Under the pieces are notes generated by a model. That model was not told the origin of the DNA, did no database searches, and saw nothing but the letters and a program-made list of their open reading frames with translations. A program made the translations under genes and the position numbers. From Chrysemys picta bellii (taxonomy: Eukaryota): a stretch of 63,554 nucleotides of DNA. Below, one piece after another: positions 51,050 through 62,499 of this stretch; positions within the stretch are counted from its first letter, which is position 1; each line of letters starts with the position of its first letter. The stretch lies in the NCBI RefSeq assembly GCF_011386835.1, contig NC_088810.1, positions 930,447 through 994,000 on the forward strand, written 5' to 3'.

Positions 51050-53923
51050 ATGGGCCCCGTATTTTCCCTCCTGGCCTTACTGCTGCTCCTCATGCCCGGG
51101 GCGGTTGCCTACGGCTTCAGGAACTGTATCCAGTCCATGGAGAACCCACAAAGCTTCCGGTGCATCCAGCGCTTCCTGAAGGACATAATCAGCGCTGTGG
51201 GCGACCTGCCGCCCAATGCCACGTTCGTCAACGTCTCCCACAACTTCATCAGCCGCCTGCCTGCGGCCAGTTTCCGCCACCTGCCACACCTGCAGCAGCT
51301 GCAGCTGGTCTGTAACCGCCTGGAGACGATAGAGGATTGGGCTTTCGAGAACCTTGGCGCCTTGCACACGCTCAACTTGTCCAACAATCACCTGGCCAAC
51401 CTGTCCGAAGGAGCCTTCCGAGGCCTGGGTAACCTCATCAACCTCTCTCTGAGCAATAACCCCCTGAGCACGATTCACCCCCACGCCTTGCATCCCCTGG
51501 GCAACCTCCACACCTTGGACCTGTACTCCTGCCGCCTGGTGAGCTTCGCCGAGGTGGCCTGCAGTCTGCAGGGGTTGATGAAACTGCGGGTGCTGAACCT
51601 GTCCTGCAATAGGCTGAATTCTCTCAGTCCCATCTGTCCACTCCCCCCCTCCCTCTCCATCCTGCATCTGTGCAACAATTCACTCCAGGCCGTGGACGGC
51701 GGCGGCCCGCAGCTCCTGCGTCGCATCAGGAACCTGGACCTGTCCTATAACAACATCTCCAACGTCACTTCCTTTGCTGGCGCCGAGCTCCAGAACCTCA
51801 GCTACCTGCTGCTGAAGGGGAACCCCTTGGATGTCTTCCATCTTCTAAATGTGTCCAGCCTGCGGCCTCGCAGGCTGGACTACTCCGGCCTGCACTTAGG
51901 CAACGAAGGCGTGAGCAAGGTCTGCCAACGCTTGGGCAAGCGCCAACTCAAGCACCTCCGGCTGCAGAGCAACAACATCCGGGAGCTGAGGAACGTGTCC
52001 CTCGCCCTGTGCCCGCCGATCCGGACTCTGGACCTCTCGTGGAACAAGCTCAGGTGGCTGGACTGCGTGGACAAGTGGCAGCACAAGCCTCTGGAGAGCC
52101 TGGTGGTGGAACATAACTTGCTGAACCGACTTAGCACCTGCCAAAGCTCCTCCTCTTTGAAGACGTTGCAGAATATCAGCTTCCGCTACAATCGCATCCT
52201 CTCAGTCAAATACTGGGCCTTCAGATACGCCCCCAATCTGCGCATCCTCCACCTCAACATCAACACCATCGCCTACCTGGACAAACACGCCCTGAAGGGG
52301 TTGTACTACCTCACCGAGCTGCGGCTGGATAACAACCTGCTGACCGACCTCTACAAGTCCAGCTTCGCCGACCTGGTCAGGCTCCAGACCCTCAACCTCC
52401 GCAATAACCGCGTCTCCATCCTCTTCCCCTGGGTCTTCGGGAAACTCGGCCAGCTCCAGATCCTGGACCTGGGGGGCAACAACATCCGCAACTTGACCAA
52501 TAAGTCATTCAGCGGGCTAAGCAGCCTCTCCAAACTCTACCTGGATGGCAACTGCATCAAGAAGATCAGCAGTGACATTTTCTACCCGGTGCAGGGCACG
52601 CTGGAGGTGCTGGATTTGACAGGCAACAAACTGCAATACATCACCAAGACGCAGCACAAGAGCCCACCCTTTAGGCACCTGCACAAACTCTATGATCTCA
52701 AGCTACAGGCTCAGCAGCCCTACGGCATGAAAATAATCCCCGCCAAGTTCTTCCAAGGCCTGGCCTCGCTGCGCTCCCTCTATCTGTCAGAGAACAAGCT
52801 GCTCTCCATCTCCCCAGATGCCTTTGACGACCTTGCTCAGCTGCAGTACTTGAGCTTGGCTGACAGCTGCAATGGCATGCAAGATCTGCCGCCTGGGATC
52901 TTCAAAAACCTCGGCCGCTTGCAGAAACTGAACCTGGAGAACGTGGGGCTCCACTCGCTGACGCTGGAGGTCTTCGGGAACCTCAGCAACTTGACCTCGC
53001 TGCTCCTGGCCAAGAACCAGCTGCAGACCGTCAATGTGAGCGTGGCCAACGCACTGGGCTTGCTCAGGTACCTGGACCTACGCAAATGCCCCCTGAGCTG
53101 CACCTGCGAGAACCTGTGGTTCCAGCACTGGCTGACCAACAGGTGGGTGCAGGTGGTGTATCTCTACAATTACTCTTGCGACTCCCGCCAGCAGCTGGGC
53201 TACGTGTACAGTTTCGACACACACGTCTGCTTCCTGGACGTGGGGCTGTACTTGTTCTCCGTCACCACCCCGGCGCTGCTGCTGCTCATGCTGCTCCCCC
53301 TGGTCTACCACCGGGCCTACTGGCGGCTCAAATACCATTTCTACATCCTGCGCTCCTGGGTGAACGACCGCTGGAGAAGGCAGGATGGGGAGCACTTCCA
53401 GTACGATGCCTTTGTCTCCTACAACTCTGCCGACGAGGGGTGGGTGCTGGAGCAGCTGGTGCCGAGCCTGGAGAGCTGCAAGGGCTCCTTCCGCCTCTGC
53501 CTGCACCACCGGGACTTCGAGCTGGGGAAGAGCATTGTCGACAACATCGTGGATAGCATCTACCACAGCCGCAAGACCATCTGTGTCATCAGCCGTAGCT
53601 ACCTGCAGAGCGAGTGGTGCTCTCTGGAGATCCAGCTGGCCAGCTACCGGCTCTTCGAGGAGCTCAAGGACGTCTTGGTGATGGTGCTCCTGGAGGCCAT
53701 CCCCGACAGGGAGCTGTCCGCCTACCACCGCATGAGGAAGGTGATGCTCAAGAAGACCTACATCAGCTGGCCCCCGGAGCCTGCGGCCCAGAGGCTCTTC
53801 TGGACCAAGCTACGGAAGGCTCTGAAAGGCAGCTACACGGAGGAGGAGGAGGAGGAGGAGGACTTGTATCCATTTGACGAGGAAGATAAGCCGCTCCTAG
53901 AGTCCACATCCCAGCTTGGCTAA
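51050..53923 (+). CDS. TLR21: Toll-like receptor 21 (TLR11/13/21 family, CpG-DNA sensor in birds and fish), 957 aa, uninterrupted ORF
   Basis: Signal peptide, YGFRNCI..FRCIQRFL, many LxxLxLxxN repeats, LKLQAQQPYG, LRR-CT (CPLSCTCENLW), TM helix at about 53235-53305 and TIR at about 53395-53825 (YDAFVSY, LCLHHRDF, FWTKL). Very close to recalled chicken TLR21. An acceptor ttctag ends at 51006, suggesting an upstream 5' exon. Confidence 0.93.
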   Translation: MGPVFSLLALLLLLMPGAVAYGFRNCIQSMENPQSFRCIQRFLKDIISAVGDLPPNATFVNVSHNFISRLPAASFRHLPHLQQLQLVCNRLETIEDWAFENLGALHTLNLSNNHLANLSEGAFRGLGNLINLSLSNNPLSTIHPHALHPLGNLHTLDLYSCRLVSFAEVACSLQGLMKLRVLNLSCNRLNSLSPICPLPPSLSILHLCNNSLQAVDGGGPQLLRRIRNLDLSYNNISNVTSFAGAELQNLSYLLLKGNPLDVFHLLNVSSLRPRRLDYSGLHLGNEGVSKVCQRLGKRQLKHLRLQSNNIRELRNVSLALCPPIRTLDLSWNKLRWLDCVDKWQHKPLESLVVEHNLLNRLSTCQSSSSLKTLQNISFRYNRILSVKYWAFRYAPNLRILHLNINTIAYLDKHALKGLYYLTELRLDNNLLTDLYKSSFADLVRLQTLNLRNNRVSILFPWVFGKLGQLQILDLGGNNIRNLTNKSFSGLSSLSKLYLDGNCIKKISSDIFYPVQGTLEVLDLTGNKLQYITKTQHKSPPFRHLHKLYDLKLQAQQPYGMKIIPAKFFQGLASLRSLYLSENKLLSISPDAFDDLAQLQYLSLADSCNGMQDLPPGIFKNLGRLQKLNLENVGLHSLTLEVFGNLSNLTSLLLAKNQLQTVNVSVANALGLLRYLDLRKCPLSCTCENLWFQHWLTNRWVQVVYLYNYSCDSRQQLGYVYSFDTHVCFLDVGLYLFSVTTPALLLLMLLPLVYHRAYWRLKYHFYILRSWVNDRWRRQDGEHFQYDAFVSYNSADEGWVLEQLVPSLESCKGSFRLCLHHRDFELGKSIVDNIVDSIYHSRKTICVISRSYLQSEWCSLEIQLASYRLFEELKDVLVMVLLEAIPDRELSAYHRMRKVMLKKTYISWPPEPAAQRLFWTKLRKALKGSYTEEEEEEEDLYPFDEEDKPLLESTSQLG

Positions 53924-55080
53924 GGAAATGGGAGTTTCCAGTGGTTCTATACCCCTGTCAGTCCCCATCCCCTACAGCCCACTACTTCCTCTATCACCAG
54001 CAGCTTCCCCACCTCACAACCTCTAGCGCCCACAGCAAGGAGCCTGCCTGTTTCTGTCTCTGAGGCTCCGCCTGGTCCTGTCCCTCGGGAGTTTTGCCAC
54101 TGGCTTCCCTGGGAGTAGGAGCCTCCAGCCCCCACCAGGCCTCGTGGTCGAATGAGCCCTGTGAGCGACAGAACTGGGCAATGGGACCCGAGCCCAGTTT
54201 GAATTCATCTCGGGGGACACTGGAAGCAACAGCACTAGAGGAACTTGTAGGTAAATTCTGAGCTGGGATGTGGCAGCTGCCCATTGGGGACAACCAGGAC
54301 CTGCAGGGAGGAAGGGAACAGAATTCCCTCAGACAGCTGAATTATCCTCAGTGTGCTTCCCACAGGAACTAATTAACTTCTCCTCCCCCCACCCAGGAGC
54401 TGTCTATGTCCCTGTTCTATGGAGGTGACTTGAGGTCATGCAGCCAATCTGGGGCAGAGGACTCCTGGACCCTCCTGCTCTAACCCACTGGACCCCACTC
54501 CCCTCCCAGAGCCGGGAGAGAACCCAGGAGTCCTGGCTCCCAGCCCCCCCTGCTCTAACCAACCAGCCCCCACTCCCGTTCCAGAGCCGGGGAGAGAACC
54601 CAGGAGTCCTGGCTCCCAGCCCCCCCTGCTCTAACCAACCAGCCCCCACTCCCGTCCCAGAGCCGGGGAGAGAACCCAGGAGTCCTGGCTCCCAGCCTCC
54701 TGCTCTAACCACCAGCCCCCACTCCCCTCCCAGAGCTGGGGAGAGAACCCAGGAGTCCTGGCTCCCAGCCCCCACTCCCGTCCCAGAGCCAGGGAGAGAA
54801 CCCAGGAGTCCTGGCTCCCAGCCCCCGGCTCTAACCCACCAGCCCCCACTCCCCTCCCAGAGCCGGGGAGAGAACCCAGGAGTCCTGGCTCCCAGACTCA
54901 GAACAACCTGTCTTCTGTTCCTTCCATCTGGGAATTCAGTCTCCCTCAGCTGGGCCCCTTAAGCTGCTGCTGCAGTCCTCACCCTGCCCTCGCACCTTGC
55001 AGGCCGGGGTGGGGGACGGACATGGACCCTGCAGAGGAGCTGCGTGGCTCGGGCTTGTCTCTCCCCACAGAAGCTGGTCC

Positions 55081-55086
55081 AATAAA
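55081..55086 (+). terminator. Candidate poly(A) signal for TLR21
   Basis: AATAAA about 1.16 kb after the stop; use not demonstrated. Confidence 0.4.
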
Positions 55087-55970
55087 AGAGATCCCCTCCC
55101 CCACCCTCTCTCTCTAATCTCCTGGGACCCACACGGCTGCTGCTGCAGGACATCCACTAATGCCGAGACAAAGTCCCCAGGAGGAGTAGGTGGGCCAGGG
55201 CCCAGGCAGCTTGTGGCCCCCGGCTGCGAGATCTGCTCTCTGCCTGGGCACCAAGAGGACACAGGCTGGAAAGCCATGGCAGCTCTGCGAGAGGGGGCGA
55301 AGGGGGCTGGATCCATGGGGGGGGGTCTAGGGGCTGGGGGGGACAAGGCAGAGCAGCAGAATTGAAAATTACAGTTCCCAGGGTCAGAGCAATCCCGACT
55401 CCCAGTTAATGCCCTCCGGGGGCAATGGGGCGGCGGGGGGAACAGCCACCACGAAAGCCGTGAGCGCTCTGGCCCTGACAGCGTGACGGCCTGGCCACGG
55501 GGACTCAGCGACCGAGGCTGTGTCCCGGGGCGTAACCGAGCAGTCAGCCTGGGGGGAGAGCTGTCGGTCTGTCTATCCCTCCGTCTCTCCAGCCAGCCAG
55601 CCCCGGCCATCTGGGTCCCTGGTTTAGTTTGTGGCCCTGGAGCGGGAGCAGAGTGGGATGCGCTCAGCCAGCCATCTCCCTGTGGGGGCAGGGGGACACG
55701 TCCTGCCGCCTAGGGCACCAAAGCATCGGGGATGGAAATCCCACTGCCTGAGGCTTCTGCCGATCCTCGGGGGGGGGGGCATCTCGGGGACAGTTTTCTT
55801 AATGGCAATTCTCTGCGAGAGGGGCTCATGGAGGGGGAGTGACAGGGTCCATCCACGGTTCCTGGCCCCAGGCCTTTGCTCTGGCTCTGAAGAACAATGC
55901 ATGTGTGGCTGCCTTGGCCTCACAGAGCCTCTGGGAACGGCCCACGCTCCTGGGGGCAGTGATGCTAATC

Positions 55971-56734
55971 CAGAGGTGGGCAAACTATGGCCCACAGGCC
56001 ACATCCAGCCCGCGGGACCCTCCTGCCCGCCCGGCCCCTGAGCTCCTGACCGGGGAGGCTAGCTCCCGGCCCCCTCCCCCGCTGTCCACCTCCCCCTCTG
56101 CCTCAGTTCACCCCGCTGCCGGCGCAATGTTCTGGGCAGTGGGGCTGCGAGCTCCCGGGGCAGCGCAGCGGCAGAGCCGCGGCCTGACCCGGTCTCTGTG
56201 TTGCGTGGTGGTGTGGCTGGCTCCAGCCGGGCGGCACGGCTCTAGCGCCACCAACCACCGGTGCTCCAGGCAGCGCGGTAAGGGGGCAGGGAGTGTTGGA
56301 TAGAGGGCAGGGGACTTTGGGGTGGTGGTCAGAGGGCGGGGGTGTGGATAGGGGTCAGGGCGGTCACATGGCGGGGAACAGGGAGGTTGAATGCGGGCAG
56401 GAGTCCGGGGGGGGGGCAGTCAGGAATGAGAGGAGGGGTTGGATGGGGCAGCGGGGGGCTGTCAGGGGCAGGGGGTCTGGGGGCGGTCAGGGGACAGGGA
56501 GGGGTGGATGGGGCAAGGGTCCGGGGGGGCCGTCAGGGAACAGGAACAGGGGGGGTTGGATGGGGCAGGAGTCTTGGGGGGGGAGTCAGGGGGCGAGAAG
56601 CAGGGGAGTCGGCTAGGGAGTGGGGGCCAGGCCATTCCTGTCTGTTTGGGGGGGGCACAGCCTCCCCTAACCAGCCCTCCATACAATTTCGGAAACCCGA
56701 TGTGGCCCTCAGGCCAGAAAGTTTGCCCGCCCCG
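55971..56734. mobile_element. Non-autonomous hAT (Charlie-like) element
   Basis: TIRs cagaggtgggcaaact and agtttgcccgccccg; perfect 8-bp TSD TGCTAATC. Confidence 0.88.
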
Positions 56735-56834
56735 TGCTAATCCCAAGCGGGCGGCTGGGAACGGGGCTGGCGAGAGGGGGAAGTGGCTGTGAATCCAAGG
56801 AAACCCCCACAGCGCCGTTCAGTGACAACTGGCC

Positions 56835-56840
56835 TTTATT
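56835..56840 (-). terminator. Poly(A) signal for PRR19
   Basis: tttatt on plus = AATAAA on minus, about 185 nt after the PRR19 TGA. Confidence 0.7.
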
Positions 56841-57023
56841 GAGGAGCCTCTAAACATGGGCTCAGCTCTGGGGGGCCCCTGCTGGGGAGGTGTCCTGGGG
56901 GACCCAAGGGGGCGGATCCCCTGGCCATGACACACGGGATCCCGGTACCGCGCTCCTGGAAAGGCAGCTGGGAGCCGGAGGGAGCAGCGAGCGCCCCAGT
57001 CCAGCCGGAGGTGCCAGGCTTTC

Positions 57024-58465
57024 TCAGTACAGCCTCATGCGGGGGAAGACCCAGGCCTCAGGGCTGCCCTCCTCCAGCCGGTATCCGTGCAGAGTGGGCG
57101 GCGGCGAGCGGCCATGCTCCAGCGCCTCCGAGGGGGGGAAGAAGGACATGGGCAACTGCTGGAGTGTGCATAGCTGCTGGGCCCCCACCGGGGGGAACCT
57201 GCCCTCCCACCCCCCAGCACGGGGGCAGCCTTCCCCCATGGCTTCCGGCAGCTCCCAGGCTCTGGGGGTGGCGGCTCTGGAGTCCCATGGCTGGTAGCAG
57301 GTGGAGGCTCTCACTGGCTCCACGGATGCCGGCTTCTGACAGTGGTCTCTGGGCTTCCCCAGCACCGACAGCAGCCCGTTGGCATGCCTGGGCTTCCGAG
57401 CCTCTCCGGGGGGCAGGAGCGGTTCCAGGTGAGGCCCCGGCCTGTGCTGCGAGCAGGCCTGCGGGAGGAGCGCTGGTTCTGAGCACAGCTCCCAGGAGAC
57501 AGCCCTGTGCCCCGGACGAGGCCACGCCAGCGCTCGGGGGGCCAGGACCTCTGCTGCCTGGCTGGGCTGGTTCGGGCTCCAGATGCTTTTCAGGACATCA
57601 AAGGAGGTCTGTGTCTCCGGGGCAGCTCTCGCCATGGGCTGGGAAGCGTGTAGCTCTGGTGCGGGCCGCTTGCTCTGGGTCTGGGTCTGCAGCACCTGCC
57701 ACAGCTCTGGGCTCAGCCAGTGGGCACAGGGATGCTGGGGGGGCTTAGCCAAGGGGCACTCCGCAGGGCTCCTGCTGTCCAGACCCAGACCCAAGGTCCG
57801 AACCGAATCCCCAGCTGCAAATGGCATCCAGTGCCCCTGACCGTGTCCCTCGGAGGCACGCGCCTTTCGGGCTGGCCTAAAGGCCATGCTGGCTCTCTCT
57901 AGCCTGGTCCTGGGTTCCCAGATGGCTTCCCAGGATCTCCCACAGCACTGACCAGCTCTGGGCAGGGGGCCTGGCGCTTGGGGGGCGAAGGTGGCTATTG
58001 TGCATGCGTGTAGGGCAGAGCCGGACAGGAGCGCGTGGTGGGACGGAGCTGCTGTGGGGGGCTGGCCAAACAGCTCGCATGCGCCAAGGGATTCCAGGTC
58101 GTCCCTTCGGGTCGCTCTCCTCTCTCCCTGCATGGAAAGAGAAGGGGGCTGGCTTGTCCAGCAGGAGGAGGACGGCAGGCCAGCTAACAGGGCAAGTGCT
58201 GGGGGTGGCAGGGGCCATCTGCCGATTCCGCCCTTGTGTGGGCAATGTGCTCCGGCGTGCCTGGCTCCGATGGGGCATGTGGGGCTGGCCTGGGGCGCTC
58301 CGCACCGGGGTGCTCTGCAACGGGACTGGCTTAGCGAGTCTGTACCGACTGCAGCCCAGCCCCGTGGCTCCTGAGTCCCGGCCCACATATCCCTATGAGG
58401 CAAGGCCAGCTCTGCCTGACCAGACGTCTCCACCTCCCCATGGTCCGAGGACCTTCGCTCTCGTC
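57024..58465 (-). CDS. PRR19: PRR19 last coding exon
   Basis: Ends ...SFDVLKSIWSP...GSPEAWVFPRMRLY*, matching recalled human AFDLLKSIW...SSPEAWSFPPMRLY. The acceptor ccgcag at 58466 was chosen for phase-1 compatibility; it has a weak pyrimidine tract, so this boundary is less sure. Confidence 0.85.
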
Positions 58466-59049
58466 CTGCGGTCTGTCCCTCACCAGTGCCGCATGCACGC
58501 TGCCATGCACATGAGTCAGTCAGGCAAAGACACCCCCCTTGGAAAGTCACTGGGTCCTCTCCTTGTCCCCTGGAGTCCCACTGGAAATGGGTCTGGCAGG
58601 CCTAGTGACAGGCCTTTGGATTGACAACCCAGCAGGTGGTAGGGCCTGGGGTTGGCTGCCCCAGTGATGGAGGAAGGTGCCTTTATGGCCCTCCAGCCAC
58701 TAGGTTCTGGGGTAGGGGGCAGGGGGCTTTCCAGGGCCCACAGGGCACTCACCGTTTTAATGACCGTGTGCACAGGGCTGGGGCTCCTGAAGGCCAGCAC
58801 CTCCTGTCCCCTTCTCCTCTTCCCCGAAATGCCCTGTTCAGAGTTCCCGCTGCCACTTGATCCCGTATCCAACAGCAGCTCCTGCCCCCTGGCACCTGGG
58901 CTCCTGAGAGCTGAGGGCAGCAGAAAATTAGGAGGCTGGGCAAACGCAGGAATCAAACGCAGCGTGGGCCAGACGCCTCTTCAGAGTGACGGGGCAGAAT
59001 ACGAATCTGCCCCCCCTCCTCCCAGAACCGCAGGGGGCTAGTATAGCAG

Positions 59050-59460
59050 AGTCACTGCACCCGCCTCTGGGGGGGATGCACCAATCGCCCCCCCCCAGCC
59101 CTGAACCGCAGAGTCACTGCACCCGCCTCTGGGGGGGATGCACCAATCGCCCCCCCCAGCCCTGAACCGCAGAGTCACTGCACCCGCCTCTGGGGGGGAT
59201 GCACCAATCGCCCCACCCAGCCCTGAACCGCAGAGTCACTGCACCCGCCTCTGGGGGGGTGCACCAATCACGCCCCCCCCCAGCCCTGAACCGCAGAGTC
59301 ACTGCACCCGCCTCTGGGGGGGTGCACCAATCACGCCCCCCCCCCCCCCCCAGCCCTGAACCGCAGAGTCACTGCACCCGCCTCTGGGGGGGATGCACCA
59401 ATCACGCCCCCCCCCCAGCCCTGAACCGCAGAGTCACTGCACCCGCCTCTGGGGGGACCT
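59050..59460. repeat. Minisatellite (about 58 bp, about 7 copies) in the PRR19 intron
   Basis: cagccctgaaccgcagagtcactgcacccgcctctggggggg repeated. Confidence 0.93.
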
Positions 59461-59980
59461 GGGATGCAAACTAGGGAAACTGCCACAGGGAGATGAGGAG
59501 GCAGAATGGAAGCCAGGGCTAGCACCCCAACTCTGGGGGACAGACCCCAGAGAACTTGAATTAAAGTACAGGGGCTGGGATGTGCATCTGAAAGACTTAG
59601 CGCCCCACTGGGTCCAGCACTGACAGTGAGAGGGGAGAGCGGCCCCATTGAACCCCCCACCCCGCTCCCTGCAGCACAGGCCCCGTAGGCCCCCACTGGG
59701 TCCAGCACTGACAGTGAGAGGGGAGAGCGGCCCCTACTGAGCCCCTGCCCCACTCCCTGCAGCACAGGCCCCTAGCACCCCACTGAGGCATTGGAGCGAG
59801 CACTCACTGCCAGGGGAGAGCGGCCCCTATTGAACCCCACACCCCGCTCCCTGGGACAAGCGGAAGTCTCCCCTCCAAGGACTAAGCGGGCCTGTCCCTG
59901 CCTAGCTTATGACCGCTGTAGTGATGGCATGAGTGTGCTGACCCCCGCCCCGCCACACGCCCTTGGCCACAGGCCCTTAC

Positions 59981-60854
59981 CTCCCTGGGCAGAGCCACCG
60001 CCCGGCTTGTTATGCACCATCAGGGCAGAGAGATCGGGCAGGGTTTGGTGCCGGTCCAGCAGGGTGCTGAGTATTGTCTGGCGCCTTTCGCTGATCAGGT
60101 TGCGTCCCGGGAACGTCGACGTCAGGTCGAGATGGGTTTGGAGTTCCTGGGCCAGCTCCCTCATGGCGGCGGTGACACCGCCTGGCTCGGCTCCACTCGG
60201 AGGGACGTTCTCCTTCTCATCCCGGGGAGCTGGGACCTCGGCCTGGGACTCTCCTGTCTCCACCGCCGCGGTTTCAGAGTGACTTGGCGCAGCTGTAGGT
60301 TGGGGCCCTTTGCCCGCTGCGTGGGGTGCAGGTGCGCTGGTCCCATGCTGTGTGTCTGGCGTGCATGTCTGGCCAGGGGCGCAGGGGTCCCAAGCCTGGC
60401 TGATTGCACCAGGGATCGCAGCACTTGTCTCGGTCTCCGTCTCTCGCTCGCTTCGGGGATCCAGCAGCCTCTCGATGTTGGCGGATTTCACCTCCCTGTT
60501 AAACATGCCCAGATGCTGGGTGAGCCTGTGCTGGGTTATGATGACCGGCACAGAGCCAGAGATCCTTCTGATGGCTGGTAGAGGGGTGGACTTGGTGTGC
60601 CCAGCACAGTGTGAGCTCCAGCCCGGGGCCGGCATCCTCTGAAGCCTCCTGCAGCCAGACCTCTGCTCCGCACCTCCGACCGCAGCGTTCCTGCCGAACT
60701 TGGCAGAGTTGCGCTCCCGTTTGGTTTTGCGGCGCTTGACTCGGCCGGGTCTCTGCCCGGCACCGTGGTGTCCCGGCTGCGATGCTGTCAGCTGGGGGGC
60801 AGAGGGGGCGAGGCCGGGGTCATTGCCTGCCCTTCTGCTGCTGCAGGGATTCAT
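59981..60854 (-). CDS. PRR19: PRR19 first coding exon
   Basis: PGRVKRRKTKRERN, VIITQHRL, GMFNREVKS, DEKENVP and FPGRNLI match recalled PRR19 motifs. A strong acceptor (ttgactttgctccttgcag) lies 17 nt before the ATG at 60854; donor G|gtaagg at 59980. Confidence 0.88.
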
Positions 60855-61565
60855 GCCGGCTGCTGCTCCTGCTGCAAGGAGCAAAGTCAAAGAGCTTTCA
60901 ATACCCCCCGTGCAGTGCCAGCCGCCCCAGCTCTGCCCCTGCCTGCTTCCCCAACGCCACGCAGCTAACGGGGAATGGAGCCACCGCGCCCTCGAGTGGC
61001 TGTTTGGGGGAATGCAAAGAGTGTCCAGCTCGGCGTCCCCCACGCCAGGCGCTGTACAAACACACCGCACAAAGCACCATGGGGACACGAGCTTGTTCAT
61101 GGCTCCAGCCATCATCTATTCCCTCCCAGCCCCCAGGTCTTCTTCTCTTTAATTGCGTCCTTGGCTTTAGCATTGCTGGACGGGCATGGTTTCCACGCTG
61201 CTGGGTTTGCCTGGACGGGAACAGCCCGTCCTCATACCACCCTGCGGGGAAACCCCCGAGGGCTGAGGCAGGGGTGCAGGCCCCATGGCCTGTTCAGCCC
61301 TCAGCCTCTCTGCTGGTGAGGGGGCCAGGTAGCACCCCTGGGGAGATGTGAAGGAAAGGAGGCCTTCACCCAAGGGTGACAGGCCCTAGCCCGGCAGGAG
61401 CTTGTGCTGAGACCCCAGCAACTCGGTTCACAGTGTGTGGAGGGAGCTGCACTTAAAGTGGGGGGGAAGGGGCAGGAGGGAATGGGGGATCAGTGAGCTC
61501 CCTCCCCACTTCTCTGAACTGAATCCATGGGTGGGGGTCTAGGTCTGCGCCCAGATCCCCTATGT

Positions 61566-61878
61566 CAGTGGTTCCCAACCAGGGGTCCAGGGCCCTCAGG
61601 GGTCCACCAAGCATGGCCAGCATTAGACTCGCTAGGGCCCAGGGCAGAAAGCCAAAGTCCTGCCACATGGGACTGGAGCCTGGGGCACCGAGTCCCACTA
61701 CCTGGGGCTGAAGCCAAAGCCTGAGCAACTTAGCTTGGCAGGGGCCCCTGTGGTGTGGGGCCCAGGGCAACTGCCCGGCTTGCTACCCCCTAACGCCGGC
61801 CCTGGCTTTTGGTCCGTGAAGTTTGTATAGCATGGGGGGAGGGGGAGGGGCTCAGAAAGAAAAAGGTTGAGAACCCCG
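61566..61878. mobile_element. Short hAT MITE
   Basis: TIRs cagtggttcccaacc and ggttgagaaccccg; 8-bp flanks ccctatgt/tcctatgg. Confidence 0.7.
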
Positions 61879-61919
61879 TCCTATGGGTTTCTTACCCAGC
61901 ACCCTATTTTCAGGCCCCC

Positions 61920-62460
61920 TGGGATTCTCCCCTCAACCCCCTCTCCTCAATCCCACCCTAGAGACCCCCCCATCCCACTCCCTTCAATGCCCCCAGAGAC
62001 CCCTCCCTCCAGGACCCTTCTCAATCCACCCAGAGACCCCCCCTCAATGCCCCTAGAGACCCCCCATCCCACTCCCTTCAATGCCCCCAGAGACCCCTCT
62101 CCCCAGGTCCCTTCTCAATCCACCCAGAGACCCCCCTCAATGACCCCAGAGACCCCCCCCATCCCACTCCCTTCAATGCCCCCAGAGACCCTTCCACCCA
62201 GGTCCCTTCTCAATCCACCCAGAGACCCCCCCTCAATGACCCCAGAGACCCCCCCCATCCCACTCCCTTCAATGCCCCCAGAGACCCCTCCCCCCAGGTC
62301 CCTTCTCAATCCCACCCTAGAGACCCCTCCCCCATCCCACTCCCTTCAATGCCCCCAGAGACCCTCCCCTCAATCCCACCCTAGAGACCCCTCCCCCATC
62401 CCACTCCCTTCAATCCCCCTAGAGACCCCTCCCCACAGACCCCCTCCCCCAATGCCCCTC
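61920..62460. repeat. C-rich minisatellite
   Basis: cccagagacccccc...atcccactcccttcaatg repeated. Confidence 0.88.
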
Positions 62461-62499
62461 CCACCTCCATGCCCCCTCCTCCAACTGCCCGAGCAGGGC

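Noticed and set aside
60855-61115. Upstream extension of the PRR19 ORF
   Set aside because: A strong acceptor at 60872 lies inside it, so it is probably intron. The same applies to 58466-58550 of the other PRR19 ORF.
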